Assembly: GCF_006345805.1 (NCBI RefSeq)
Contig: NC_043001.1
Coordinates: forward strand, 38,006,001-38,070,000
Length of the DNA: 64,000 nt
Source: Octopus sinensis
Taxonomy: Eukaryota
Direction: 5' to 3'
This document shows, piece by piece, positions 26,313-38,268 of this stretch (position 1 is the first letter of the stretch; each line of letters opens with the position of its first letter). The notes under the pieces are model-generated. The model was not told the origin of the DNA and made no database searches. It was given only the letters and a program-made list of their open reading frames with translations. The position numbers were made by a program, and so were the translations under genes.

Positions 26313-26614
26313 CTACTCCAGCTGATGTTTCATTGTTGATGCAACTTGGAGTTGATGGTGTGTTTGTTGGCTCTGGTATCTTTAAAAGTAGTTTACCCGA
26401 GAAACGTGCCAGAGCAATGGCTCAAGCTGTGACCCATTACAATGAACCTTCTGTTCTTGCTGAACTGAGTGAGAACTTAGGTGAAGCTATGTTTGGAATC
26501 CCACATACTGACCGACCACAAGACAAAAGGCGTGAAGGGCCAATAGGAGAGGAAGTGAAGATTTGGAATGCCACTCTAAGCAATCAAAGTTCTTCAACCA
26601 AAGTAAGCAGCTGA
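26313..26614 (+). CDS. PDX1: PDX1 terminal coding exon ([26 protein letters not shown]...stop)
   Basis: tttcag acceptor; [20 protein letters not shown] signature; TGA at 26612-26614; AATAAA at ~26635 and ~26779. Confidence 0.97.
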
Positions 26615-27469
26615 TGACAATCAATAACTGCTCAAATAAACTAGGCTGATAAAATGCTCCTTTTTATAATGACAATTTTTAACCCATGTCTCTCTGAAAT
26701 TCTCTTGACAAAAATTTTATTTTTTCTATTTTTAAATTTGTTTCCTTGTCTCATTCTAATATTTGAAATTGTACATCAAATAAAAGATAATTTTAAGAAA
26801 GAGTTTTGTTCTTTTAGTCTATTTTGTCTTTTATTAAATTTCTCTAGTATTTTTTCGTATTAAATGTAACATCCAATGAAATTTGCAGTTTCTTTGGCAG
26901 AAAATGTTTTCACCATAGCTGTAGACAAGGAACAGCTTTGGTTTTTTGGCTATTCAACCTTCAAGAAATAGTTGTCAAATTTCCTTTATAGAAAACACTT
27001 TAAATAATGTGGTCTGCATTCTGTGTACATAGAACCATGATGGTATGGTCGCAGGTGGAATGCCTTTGATCATAGATTTGCTCAATCAGGACTAACCTAG
27101 GTTAAACATCAAGTAAGACTATTAAAATAATCAACAAAAGTAACCACATTAAAAGAAGCAAAATTACTAGCTTGAAAACAAGGCAATACAAAATAATGAT
27201 TAGTGGTTGTTTGATAGTGATAATAACTGTAAAGTGAATAATTATTTGTTAATTTGAGGTCAATACTAAATAAAGACAACCATGTAAGTAATAATTAGTT
27301 GAGTTGCAGGCATAGCTGTGTGGCTAAGAAGTTTATTTCCAAACTACATGGTTTTAGATCCAGTCCTGCTATGTGGCACCTTGGGCAAGTGTCTTCTACT
27401 AGACCAAGAAAAGCCTTGTGACTAGATTCCATAGATAGAAACTGAAAGAAACCCATTATATATATATCA

Positions 27470-29300
27470 CTATCATAATTGTTTAACATCCATTTACCAT
27501 GCTGGCATGGGTTGGATAGTTCAACAAGGACCAATAGAGGTCTGTACCAAGCTCCAGTGTCTATTTTGGTATGGTTCCTGCTGCTGAATGCCCTTTCTAA
27601 TGTCAATCACTTTATAATGCATTAGGTGCTTTTTTGTGTGTGGAAACTAGTGAGGACACCAAGTAGCTTGCAAGACAAGATTCTCAACTGAGTGGGGGTG
27701 TATTGAAGGAGATGGCTTTATGCCAAGTATGAGAAGTTAAAGAATGATAAAGGAACGGGTATAGGTGTCTTGTAGAGGAGATGCGTAGCTACTCCAGCTG
27801 GAAAAAAGTGATGGTGTGATGAGGTATCAGAGCATTCTTTCAAGTTAACCCTTTTGATACCACCCTGCCTGCAACAGCCCCAGTTCTATGATACAGATTT
27901 CTTTTTTTATGTATCTGAATTAAAACCTTCCATTAAAATTGCATGTTAATTAATGTTCTGAATTCCAGCTTAATAATTACAAACTTAGTTTATTAAATTC
28001 TTCATTATTTTAGAAACTTACTGAAACAAAAAGCAATGCATTTTAACACAAATATGGTAACAAAACGGTTAAAGGCAGCTGAATATAAGATAAGTGGAAG
28101 AGGATTGAACAAGGTAAGTGGAGAGATAAGTTCACAAGAATGTGAAAGGTGGGTGACAAATAAAGATAGGGAAAGAGAAGAGGTGGATGATGAACACAGG
28201 TGGGGGCATGGTCAATGTCGAATATCAGTCTGAGGAGAAATTTGGTGGAGACAGGAGGTCAGGGAGTTAACAGATGGCAACACACATGATGTGAAGTAGG
28301 GGAGTGCAAGAGAGATGTACTGTGCAAGGGGTGAGGGAGGAAATAATGACACAGAGGTAGCAGGGGCTGTACAGGAGAAAAGTCAGGTGAAAGGAGCATT
28401 TGGGTGAAAATAAGATGGTAAGAGATGATATTGGAATTTGAATGACAAAAGAAAATGGTTCCAGGGAGTGATAACTGGTAGCATAAGAGAGGGAATGAAA
28501 GATGTACTGTTCTGTTCTCATATAATTACAGCAATTGAGTGAATAGTGCCATAGTCAGAAGAGCAATGGTGGGGTCAGCATTAGGAAGATAAATCATAGG
28601 AGAGACTCAGCAAGGACAGCTTGGGTGTAGGGCCATGAACATAAACAGTTTTTGAGGCCTCATCTTTGCTGAGATGGATGGAGCTTCTCATGCACAGTAA
28701 CTCACCATCTCAATCTTTTGTCATCTCCTCCATGTGGCTCAACATCTGGAGGTCATTCTTCACTATTTCATCCCACATCTTCCTGGGTCTACTTCTTCCT
28801 TAAGTTCTATCTACATTTAGTAAACAGCACTTTTTTATACAGCTATCTTATCCATGACCATACCAGTGTAGTCTTCTCTCTTGCACATTACATCTAATTC
28901 CTCTTACACCCAAATTTTTCCTGCAACACATTTGCATGTTGTCACACATGAAACTGATGTTACTCATCCAGTGGAGTATGTTAGCTTCCTTTCTTTCTTG
29001 CCTTTGCATGTCCTCTGCATTTACTACTAGGTAGCCTTGCTGTTTGTACACAAGCATCATACAATATGCCTTTCACACTGAGAGAGAGAGACCTTTTGTT
29101 ACCAACAGGGGTAATAGCTCTCTGAACTTTCTCCAATTGGTTTTTATTCTAGTTACTATACTTTCAGGGCATCTTCCTCCACTACTACTTTGGTGACCTA
29201 GGTAACAAAAACTATTTGCTACCTTCAGGAATTCTGTGCATCTTATTATATATTGCTCCTGCATATCTGCCATGCACAAAGAGTTTCTCTAATCTTACTG
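27470..29300 (-). mobile_element. Degraded RTE LINE fragments
   Basis: ORF remnants SFCYLG..RIKTNWRKFRELLPLL and ERRLHWYGH; RTE 3' end near 27475-27630. Confidence 0.75.
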
Positions 29301-29379
29301 TGATTCCACCGCACCACATGTGTCTACAGTTGTCAATAAACATATTGGTCTTTCTGTTCAAATTAAAGTTACTATTAAA

Positions 29380-29810
29380 GCTAATGATAGAAATCTTGGC
29401 AACTTAAGAATTAAGGAAGCTTTGATTATCTATAAATTAAACCCACAAATAAATAATAGATTGGAGCTAGGCACACAATACATAACATGACATACACACA
29501 CAGGCACATTTGCTACATATTAGAAAAGAGGTGATGAAAATTGATTTGTGGAGCGATGAGTTAATAATTGACATCACTAACATTCACGACGAAGAGAAAC
29601 GCTTGAAAATTCAAATATAATCATAGAATTATTTTATCTCTGACAAGAAACATCTTACCAAGGACAGTTCCTTTTTAACCCTGAAGAAGGGACTTGTGTC
29701 CTGAAATATTGGATACATATACGACCAAAGATTACCAGGTAACTTACTTTCAGTTTACATTACTTCATCTTAAAATCTATTTGCATTGTTTGGGCTTTTA
29801 CATCTTTCAA
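29380..29810 (+). mobile_element. Penelope-like element 3' remnant (GIY-YIG C-terminus plus pseudo-LTR)
   Basis: Reads ..LRIKEALIIYKLNPQINNRLE, a typical PLE endonuclease end, followed by CTGAAGA..GAAA. Confidence 0.6.
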
Positions 29811-29861
29811 CATATATATATATATATACACACATATACATTTGTATGTATATGTATATAT

Positions 29862-30381
29862 ACTGGTGAGACCCATATTGGAGTACGGGATTCAAGCCTC
29901 TTTTCCTTATCTCCTCAAAGACATACAACATCTCGAAAGAGTCCAGAAGCTGGCTACCCGCATGGTTCTTGGTCTCAAGCATTTGTCTTATGAAGAAAGG
30001 CTGAAGACGCTCGACCTTTATTCTCTAGAAAAACGACGACACCGTGGTGATCTCTTGCTCACAACATCATAAGCGGAAAGTGTAACCTCTCGAAGGAGCT
30101 GTTCTTCACTCCTGCTCCAGAGCGTCGGCTGCAGGGTCACTCCGAAAAGCTCTATCTGCGACGATTTCATCTCAATCGAAGGAGAGGGGCTTTCTCTGTC
30201 CGGGTTGTGGATCCGTGGAATAAGCTGCCAGACGAGATAGTGAAGATGCCGACGACCGCTCGGTTCAAAGTCTCCCTTGACCACAAGTGGCCTGAACTCT
30301 TTACATGAACACCACCCTGTACATAACTCCATGTCCCCCTACATGGCCTTGCTTTTTGAGCCAAAAAATTAACTAACTAAC
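29862..30381 (+). mobile_element. Second copy of the young CR1/L2 LINE 3' end
   Basis: Nearly identical to 10080-10607; (TAAC)n tail. Confidence 0.92.
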
Positions 30382-30849
30382 ATATATGTGTGTGTACATG
30401 TCTCAGTGTTTGTATCCCCACCATCGCTTGACAACCGATGTTGCTGTGTTTATGTCCCCGTAACTTAGCTGTTTGGCAAAAGACACCAATAGAATAAATG
30501 CTAGGTTTACAAAGAATAAATCCCGGGGTCGACTTCTTCGACTAAAAGCAGTGCTCCAGCAAGGTTTCAGTGACATGACTGAAACAAGTAAAATAAAAGA
30601 CTATGCCATTTTAACCCTGAGCAAAGCCAGGCATCTCTGCTAGTATATATATATAAAATTAAATAAAGTATTATTACCATTGATAATAATAAAAGAGCGG
30701 ACAGCAAGTTTAACCTATGTAGGTAAAAAAAACAAATAAAGTAGGGTATCAGAATACCAATTGCTAGAAAGAGGAGCTAACACTCCAAAACCACAAATAT
30801 CTCACTATTAATAAATACAGTGAATGCAATGAATATAATAAAATGGCTT

Positions 30850-31330
30850 TTTACATGGCACCAGCACTTACAAGCTCAAAAGATTAGGGATGCAAGGGAC
30901 AAACCTATATGCAAGGGCAACCGTACTTTTATCTATCTTGACGAGTCTTTTCAAGTGTAGCAAACTGCCAGGAATCTGTCCCATCATCCTCTCTGTGAGT
31001 CCCAACATTTGTAGATCCTTTCTCACCACTTTGTTGCAAGTCTTCCTGGATCTACCCCTTCCACATTCCCTCTACAATTAGAGATGGGCACCTCTTGATG
31101 CAACTGTCCTCACTCATACACATTACATGGCCATACCAGCACAGTCTTCTCTCTTGCACACTACATCTGATGCTACATATACCCAGTTTTTCTCTCAAAT
31201 CACTTACACTCAGTCATATATGCATACTGACATTACCCATCCAACCTAGCATGCTGGTTTCATTTCTTTCAAGTTTTCACATATCCTCAGTAGTCACAGC
31301 CCATGTCTCGTTGCCATGTAGTGAGACATG
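30850..31330 (-). mobile_element. RTE LINE fragment
   Basis: Reverse-complement similarity to 17480-17850. Confidence 0.75.
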
Positions 31331-31790
31331 AGCTACTGAGGATATGCAAAGACATGAAAAACCTGCTGCACAACACACATATATACCTTACAAATAAAAT
31401 AAGCATTGTATTTGAAGTAATAAATCTAGGCAAAATTACCATTATTTTCATTCAAGAAATTGGCCACCAGCTGTATTTTATTTCCTGGACAATGCCAAGT
31501 ATCCTTTATGTAGTAATTTTTTTTTTTTTAAATGAATGTAATAAGATTGTAATTTAATATACATGAAATTTGAAAAAGGAACTAATAATAATTTGATAAA
31601 ACTGAATATTATAAATGCATTAATATTGAATAGCATATAAAAACATACATATCAAAACCTGCGGCACACACACACACATACCTTTATATATACCCAAATG
31701 ATTTACATATTTATAATTACAATTCATAGTATTAATGCTCATATTTTCAATACAATATAGTTGTTAATTTAAAATATATCAAATTGGAGT

Positions 31791-33137
31791 TTATGACAGA
31801 TTTTCTAATTTAGATTCTAAAGATTTAATAGCACATTCCATCAAATTCATTTTGGCAAGGCAATAATCCAATTCTTTTTTACAGGTAACACCCAGTTCAA
31901 CAGAAGAGGGATGAAAACAAGTTTGGTTCTTTGTGAAATTTTCTTTTGGACACTGTTGAGGCTCAACAGGAGTGATTTTCGTGTCTAATGATGATAATAC
32001 TGGAGAATTTTCTTTGCCTACAAACATTTTAGAAGAATTTAATATCTTTCCTTCTGGATTTTTCTGTTGTAAATCCAGAAGAATCTTTGCAGATTTGACT
32101 ACAGTTTCTGAAATGTTTTCCATCATGGGGTCATGATTAATTTCTTTTGAAGAATTTGAAATCTTTTCAGCATTTTGGGAGGTTCTAGTTAGTGGACATC
32201 TTACTACTTTAGGAATAGTGTTTGAAATGTGATCATCCTGTTCCTCAACACAGTTTGATGGATGATTTAAGTTTTCATTCTGGATTATTAAAAGTTCTTG
32301 GGTTTTTTCTTTCTTTGGAAAGGGTCCTATTTCAACACTTACTGGGAGTTTCTTAATGTTTGATTTCTGTTTTTCAAGAATTACACAACCTTTTGAATTC
32401 GGAGGCAATACAAATTGAGTAATTTGATAGTTCTTTGGAATCCCTAAAGAAGAACAAGCATGGAACAATTTTTTCCCAAGATGCGGTTTAATGGAATAGT
32501 CGGCCTTATCCGTTTTTTCAGTTTGTGTGTCTTCTCGATTGTGTTCAGGTTTATGTAAGTGAGATCTGGTGGCATTTTGTTGATTATAAAAGTGTGTATT
32601 GTTATCAAGATGATATACGGAAGATGTAGGATTTAACACTTTAACAGATTTAGCAGGTTCTTCATTAGCGGTGTTTATACTATTTCTCGGGCCAGGTCCT
32701 TCGTTCGTATTAGATTTGTTGGTTAAAATTCGAGTTTTGCAGCGACCACTTCTACGTGTCACAGTCGGGAACTCTTTACATTTTTGTAGAACTAAATCCA
32801 AAATATGTGTACACATGATCATTTTCATCTCAATAAAGGCTCTATCAATCAAGAACATATTTTTTGTAATGGGAGGTTTATAACACAAAACATCTCGCAC
32901 TATGCGATAGAGATTGTCGACGAAGTGTTTGTTAGTTTTACCATAAAGTTCCAAGCCTCTTTCAGCAATAGCTTTACTAAATTCGCAATTAAACGATGAA
33001 AACACATAACCGTATACAGCAAGGTAGACATCCAAAGTTCCTGAAAGGAAGTCTGATCTACGATAATTAGGAAATTTTACTTGTTTCAGCTTACTTTCAA
33101 GCTTACCTAGACTGTTTACAAGATCTCCAGCCGACAT
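31791..33137 (-). CDS. CEP44: Centrosomal protein of 44 kDa-like, single-exon CDS, 448 aa
   Basis: N-terminus MSAGDLVNSLGKLESKLK..ELYGKTNKHFVDNLYRIVRDVLCYKPPITKNMF...EMKMIMCTHILDLV aligns by eye with the CEP44 N-terminal domain (MATGDL..NDLRFIDAVYKLLRD.FNYKP.LTK.QF). Has a low-complexity middle and a C-terminal coiled coil. Confidence 0.9.
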   Translation of the reverse strand: MSAGDLVNSLGKLESKLKQVKFPNYRRSDFLSGTLDVYLAVYGYVFSSFNCEFSKAIAERGLELYGKTNKHFVDNLYRIVRDVLCYKPPITKNMFLIDRAFIEMKMIMCTHILDLVLQKCKEFPTVTRRSGRCKTRILTNKSNTNEGPGPRNSINTANEEPAKSVKVLNPTSSVYHLDNNTHFYNQQNATRSHLHKPEHNREDTQTEKTDKADYSIKPHLGKKLFHACSSLGIPKNYQITQFVLPPNSKGCVILEKQKSNIKKLPVSVEIGPFPKKEKTQELLIIQNENLNHPSNCVEEQDDHISNTIPKVVRCPLTRTSQNAEKISNSSKEINHDPMMENISETVVKSAKILLDLQQKNPEGKILNSSKMFVGKENSPVLSSLDTKITPVEPQQCPKENFTKNQTCFHPSSVELGVTCKKELDYCLAKMNLMECAIKSLESKLENLS

Positions 33138-33288
33138 CTGTGCTTTTACTGTTAAAATATATCAATTTAAAAAAGAGATTGTGATAAAAAGGATTGTAAC
33201 GTGAATACACGCGCAATTTTAGAACACTAAGTTAAACTGGTAGGTTCACAACGGTATTTACGAAAACCATTGAGCGAACTGTGTTGTA

Positions 33289-33301
33289 ATTGCTAGGAAA
33301 C
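33289..33301 (-). promoter_or_regulatory. Putative RFX X-box in the CpG-retaining region upstream of CEP44
   Basis: Minus strand GTTTCCTAGCAAT is one base from an X-box (GTTNCCTAGCAAC), ~150 bp upstream of the ATG. Confidence 0.4.
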
Positions 33302-33624
33302 CGTACAATAATGGACTGACAACCAATATTTGTAGTTTCGTACTTTTTTATTGTTGCATAACCAAAGCTCAGCTCTATCCAATTACCCATGATTATTCCG
33401 TATTTTAGGAGTATGTGAGACTACATCATACAATGTGTCATTTTCTTGACTCGGAAGTATACAAGATAAATGAAAATTGTTGGCTATTTCTCGTAAATCG
33501 ATTAAATATGCAGAGGCTCACATAATAGCTCAAGTTTCGTACAAATAATTAAAAATACGTAAATGAAAAAAAAAGATCAAATGAACACTTTTTGGAAATT
33601 ATCATTTATTAGCTAATAAAAATG

Positions 33625-33860
33625 TAGCAAAAGGAAGCGAGCTGGCAGAAACAATAGCACGCCGGGCGAAATGCTTCGCAGCACTTAGCGGCATTTCGCC
33701 TGTCTTTACGTTCTGAATTCAAATTCCGCCGAGGTCGACTTTGCCTTTCATCCTTTCGGAGTTGACAAATTAAGTACCAGTTGCGTACTGACATCGATCT
33801 AATCGACTGTCTTCCGCTCCCAAAATTTCGGGCCTTGTGCTTAGTTTAGAAAAGAATAAA
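33625..33860 (+). mobile_element. Nin-domain SINE (young, CpG-rich)
   Basis: GCGAGCTGGCAGAA...GTCGACTTTGCCTTTCATCCTTTCGG...AAGTACCAG. Confidence 0.85.
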
Positions 33861-34331
33861 AGTGTAGCAACCGAAAAAGATAAAGACACAATATTTAATT
33901 TTATCACGAAGTTTAAAATTTTTAGTTACCTAGAAATTATGTTACAAAGTGCCGTTCAAAAGGAAAAGATCCGACGATCATCTCGCATTTGGCGGAGTTG
34001 TGAAATAACTAGCCCTCGAACTCTCAAAACTTATAGGAAAGGTAGTGGAGAAACTTTTTGAAAAAGTTTTTTTTCAGTCGTTATTCCCGTAGTATGGGAC
34101 TCAAGAATGCTAAAAAAAAAAAAAAAAAAAAAACAATAACAAAAAACTACCCTGTCCCTTTCCTCTGAAGTATAGGATTTGGAGAGAGAGAGAGAGAGAG
34201 AGATATTCCTAAACACCTTGGCTGCTATTTCTAGCAAGTCGAGCGAATTGTTAGAAATAGTAGCCGCTTTGTCTCACAACTTTATTGGATTCAAGTCCCA
34301 GTTGAAATTATGTAACGGCACTAGCGATAAA

Positions 34332-35133
34332 GGATCTTTTCCTTTTGATGGACGGAATTTTCTAGTTAACTAAACAATTTGAAACTTCGTATACTGGTAG
34401 AATGTGTCAAAAGAAAACATAATTTGAAACTTCGTATACTGGTAGAATGTGTCAAAAGAAAATATTATTGTTAATGTTTTCTTTTGACACATTCTACCAG
34501 TATACGAAGTTTCAAATTGTTTAGTTAACTAGAAAATTCCGTCCATCAAAAGGAAAAGATCCAGAATGTGTTTATAAAACATCATTTTCTCTTGGTTTTA
34601 TTGAGAAAATTCTATAGTTTGTAAGATATTTCGTCTGAAATTTCGAGCATTTCGGCAATTTTAACCAATCGATTACCTCCATTGAGCTAAAATCATTTGC
34701 TGCGTCTAAAACTGAGACATCCTGTCACTAACCCTAAACCTCACCCTAACCCTAATTTTTTTTTTCTTAATTGTTAAATTAATTTAATTGTTACGCATGT
34801 AAAAAAAACGAAAGCAATGGAAAATAATTAAAACAATTAACAAACAAAATAATTCTATAATTTTATACACAAGCTTTCCGCACGTATACGGAGGTTTAGG
34901 GTTAGTGACAGGATGTTGTCTCAGTTTTAGACGCAGCAAATGATTTTAGCTCAATTAGAGGTGATTCATTGGTTAAAATTCAAAAAATTAAACTGCGTTA
35001 AACAAACGAATTACAATTTTATCAAGAAAGCCAAGAGAAAAAAATGTTTTATTTTGACACATTCTACCTGTATACAAAGTTTTAAAGTGTTTAGTTAACT
35101 AGAAATTGTGTGCCGTTCAAAAGGAAAAGATCC
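34332..35133. mobile_element. Palindromic non-autonomous DNA element (MITE/foldback) with internal rearrangement
   Basis: Termini GGATCTTTTCCTTTTGA and TCAAAAGGAAAAGATCC; long inverted arms; internal TAACCC/GGGTTA repeats. Another terminus copy lies at ~33900-33972. Confidence 0.85.
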
Positions 35134-35659
35134 ATGAGCTGATCTTTTGAACTTTCTCCGGCCTTTGAAGGTTTAACAAAATTATGGCGCCGAAGGCCAA
35201 GTGTTCAAATGTATTTCTTATTGTTTCTATTGTTCTACACATTTCTTGAAGTAAATGCTTTCCTTTTGTTAGAATTCAGAAAATATGTACATTGAGTAGT
35301 AAAAATCTTGTGTTCTCTTATTCACTTCTACTTATTTTCGATGGAATACATTTCTTTTTTACGGATAATGCTTCAAGGCAGTGCCCCAGCATGGCCACAG
35401 TCTAATGATTCAATAAGTACAAAGGTGGGGAGGGGGAATAACGAAATCTATCACTGAGGTGGTTTTGACCAGGCCCAAAAAAATTTGGCGTTTGATACAG
35501 TTGTCTAAAAAGTCTTCAAGGTGGTGCTCCAGCATGGCCGTAGTCTGGTAACTGCAAGAAGCAAGAAAGGAAAAAAATTCTGGGGTCGATACGTTTAACT
35601 AAAACTTCTTCAAGGCGGTACCCCAGCATGTCCACAGTTTAATGACTGAAACAAGTAAA

Positions 35660-36260
35660 TAGGAGTGGAGGAGCTGCAGTCTGCTGTTCACAGACTCTAA
35701 CCATAGTTCAGTATCAAGGACAAGAAGTCTATTATTGGAGTACCTAGTGGGGTAATCTATAGTTGCCTTGATACTTTGGTGGATGGAGTTAGCTACTTGC
35801 TGGATGCTCTCCATTATGTTTCTCTTAGTTTCAACATTACCGTTACTAGAGTTGGTCTTAACTAGGATATTAATGTCATCTACATACCTAATGTAAAGTA
35901 AAAGAGTTGTGGACTGTTCTGCTAAGGATTGCTTAAGTTTTCTGTCCCACCAGGTCATGAAGAGGCTGGCTAAATCTCCAGCTACACCGACACCAATGGC
36001 TGCACCTTGAACCTGCATGTATAGTTTCTTGTTAAACTTTACCATGTAGTTCTTCAAGGTGGTTCTTACGCTAGCCCCTATTGCATGTGCAATCACTCCT
36101 TTCACCTGATTGTGTTGTCAGAGTCTTGGATGGGTACGATCCAGCATTCTGCGGTGTTTTCTTCACTGCTGAGGTGATGGTGGGTGGTCTTCCCCTCTGT
36201 GACCCGGTGGGGGAGAATCAACTGAGGTCATGGTCATCTAAATAGTCACTGTCATAGCTT
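35660..36260 (-). mobile_element. Penelope-like reverse transcriptase fragment
   Basis: 168-aa ORF with YMQVQGAAIG, YIRYVDDI and LLVLDTEL motifs. Confidence 0.8.
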
Positions 36261-36314
36261 AGTCTATTTCACTCTCACAGATTATCTCAACACACACATA
36301 CACGCACGCACACA

Positions 36315-37700
36315 GTTGTCTCGAAATGCAACGTAAATGTGGGCGTAACTTCTTTTTTTATTAACTGATACAGGTTGTTCAAATGGCACGTGTTGGTAGA
36401 GTAACTTCCTCTTTAGTAACTTTTCTTCCAGTTGTTCGTTGCAGGCAAATAATCGGTTCCAAACAGAAACGACTTACTAACATTGATTTCTTGACAAAAG
36501 AGCAATGAAGCTACAGTCCCATGGAGATGACACCATAGACGAAGGCAATATGCATAGATGGAAGAAGTTTAAAGAAGAAGAAACCAATACTGAAGACAAC
36601 CATGCAGTAGGAGACCATCAACTGCAACAACGAACACGAATCGCCGAGTGGGCGAATTGATTCATACAGGTGTTCAGTGAGCTTGCTGCACAGCTTGACT
36701 GGTAGTCACAGTGAATTAAAGATGGTGGAAGACTTTGGATATGAGAAAGTGTGCAAAGTTAGTACTTCGGTAGTTTGACGGAGAGAAGAGTGGAAGTACG
36801 CTCTGATTTGCCAGAAGCGTTTGAAGCAATAAAGAAAAATCTACCTCACTCGATCTGGTGACAGGGAATGAAACATGGGTGTATCTTTATGATTTGGAAA
36901 CGAAGACTATCTATTGCATAGCGTTACACTTCTTCTCTAATGTCTAAGAACTAGTGATTGGACAAGTCATGATGATTGCTTTGGTGAGATGACAATAGTG
37001 TCAGTCACCTTGATTTTCTGGAACGTAACTGTATTGTGAACAGCGGGCGATACACTGCGGCATTCAAAAAACTTAGAAGGGACATTAGGAGGAAAAGACC
37101 AACCAAGAGTCTTAAAACGATTCAATATTTACCATGACTGCACGAGGAGACATATCTTTGGCAACAAATCAGGCAATAATCAGATAGGGGTTGACCAGTG
37201 GTTCTTCATCCACCGTACAGGCCGGATTTGGTACCCTTCGATGCTTACCATTCAGCCCAATGAAAGACAGTTTTCGGTGAGGGGTAGAGATTTGATGATA
37301 CAGATGAGATGAAAGTAGTTACGAAGAAGTGGGTACATCAGTGTACACCTGATTTTTTTTTTTTCGAATAGGTTTTTTGAGTTGAACGATGCCAGAATGC
37401 ATCGTTTATGAGAGAGACTGTTGAGTACTCTACAAACATGCGCAAGCTGAGTTTGCTTTTGTAACAATTCTTGTGGTGAGGAGTTAATTTATGTATGCAT
37501 ACTTTGTCATACAGTTTATGCTTTCACATATTTTCATACATTCACTACATATACTATGTTGCTGAAAGTCATCTACAGTTCGTGCACATTTACTATTTTT
37601 ATGAAGTCAGTACTCTATCTTCCACTCTACACGTTGAGTCATTATTCATTGATTTATAACTCATAACAATTCACAAAGTTCGTTAATTACTTTCTTCGCA
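36315..37700 (+). mobile_element. Degraded mariner element
   Basis: Remnants ..LVTGNETWVYLYD.. and VLHPPYRPDLVPFD (YSPDLAP-like); many disablements. Confidence 0.75.
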
Positions 37701-38268
37701 CCCTTTTCCTCTTCCTCATTTGATATCGTATGTCTTGTTTTATTTTGCAATTGTTCTTCCATCCAACCTTTTACCTTCACACTTATTTAACTTGATCTGG
37801 CCTTCACCACTTCCCTACCATTTCAAATGACCTGGTTTTTGCCAGAAACTTTTACCACCCCATCCCCTTTATTTTCTCCCAGACCGTATCTCTCACACAC
37901 TACACATGCTGTCCTTTCCTGCCTCTCTTCCCACACATACATCACTCCACAATACTTTTCCACGACTGTATTACTGGTCTTTATATTCTTTCTCTTAAAA
38001 GGACAAAATGTGTAATTTTTTTTAACTCCTCACAACAAATTAACTCTCAAGTTCAATAAATGTTAGGCCACATCATCACTGAAGATCTCGTCTAACAAAT
38101 GCTAGGTAAAGACTGCATTACAAAGGCTAGTCTTCCTCTTAAGAACTGGAAAATACTTCAATCCCCTACAACTATCTCAAGTGAGACCTACAATGGATAA
38201 CTGACCTCATATCTAGAGACTAAGACATTCCAACCTCTAGTCCACACACATTGATATGCAAACTTTAC

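Noticed and set aside
16678-26614. PDX1 as bacterial or fungal contamination
   Set aside because: It has long spliceosomal introns filled with host-type SINE/RTE repeats and is contiguous with CEP44 and ILRUN.
34727-34905. Telomere or interstitial telomeric array
   Set aside because: Only a few TAACCC/GGGTTA units, internal to the palindromic MITE.
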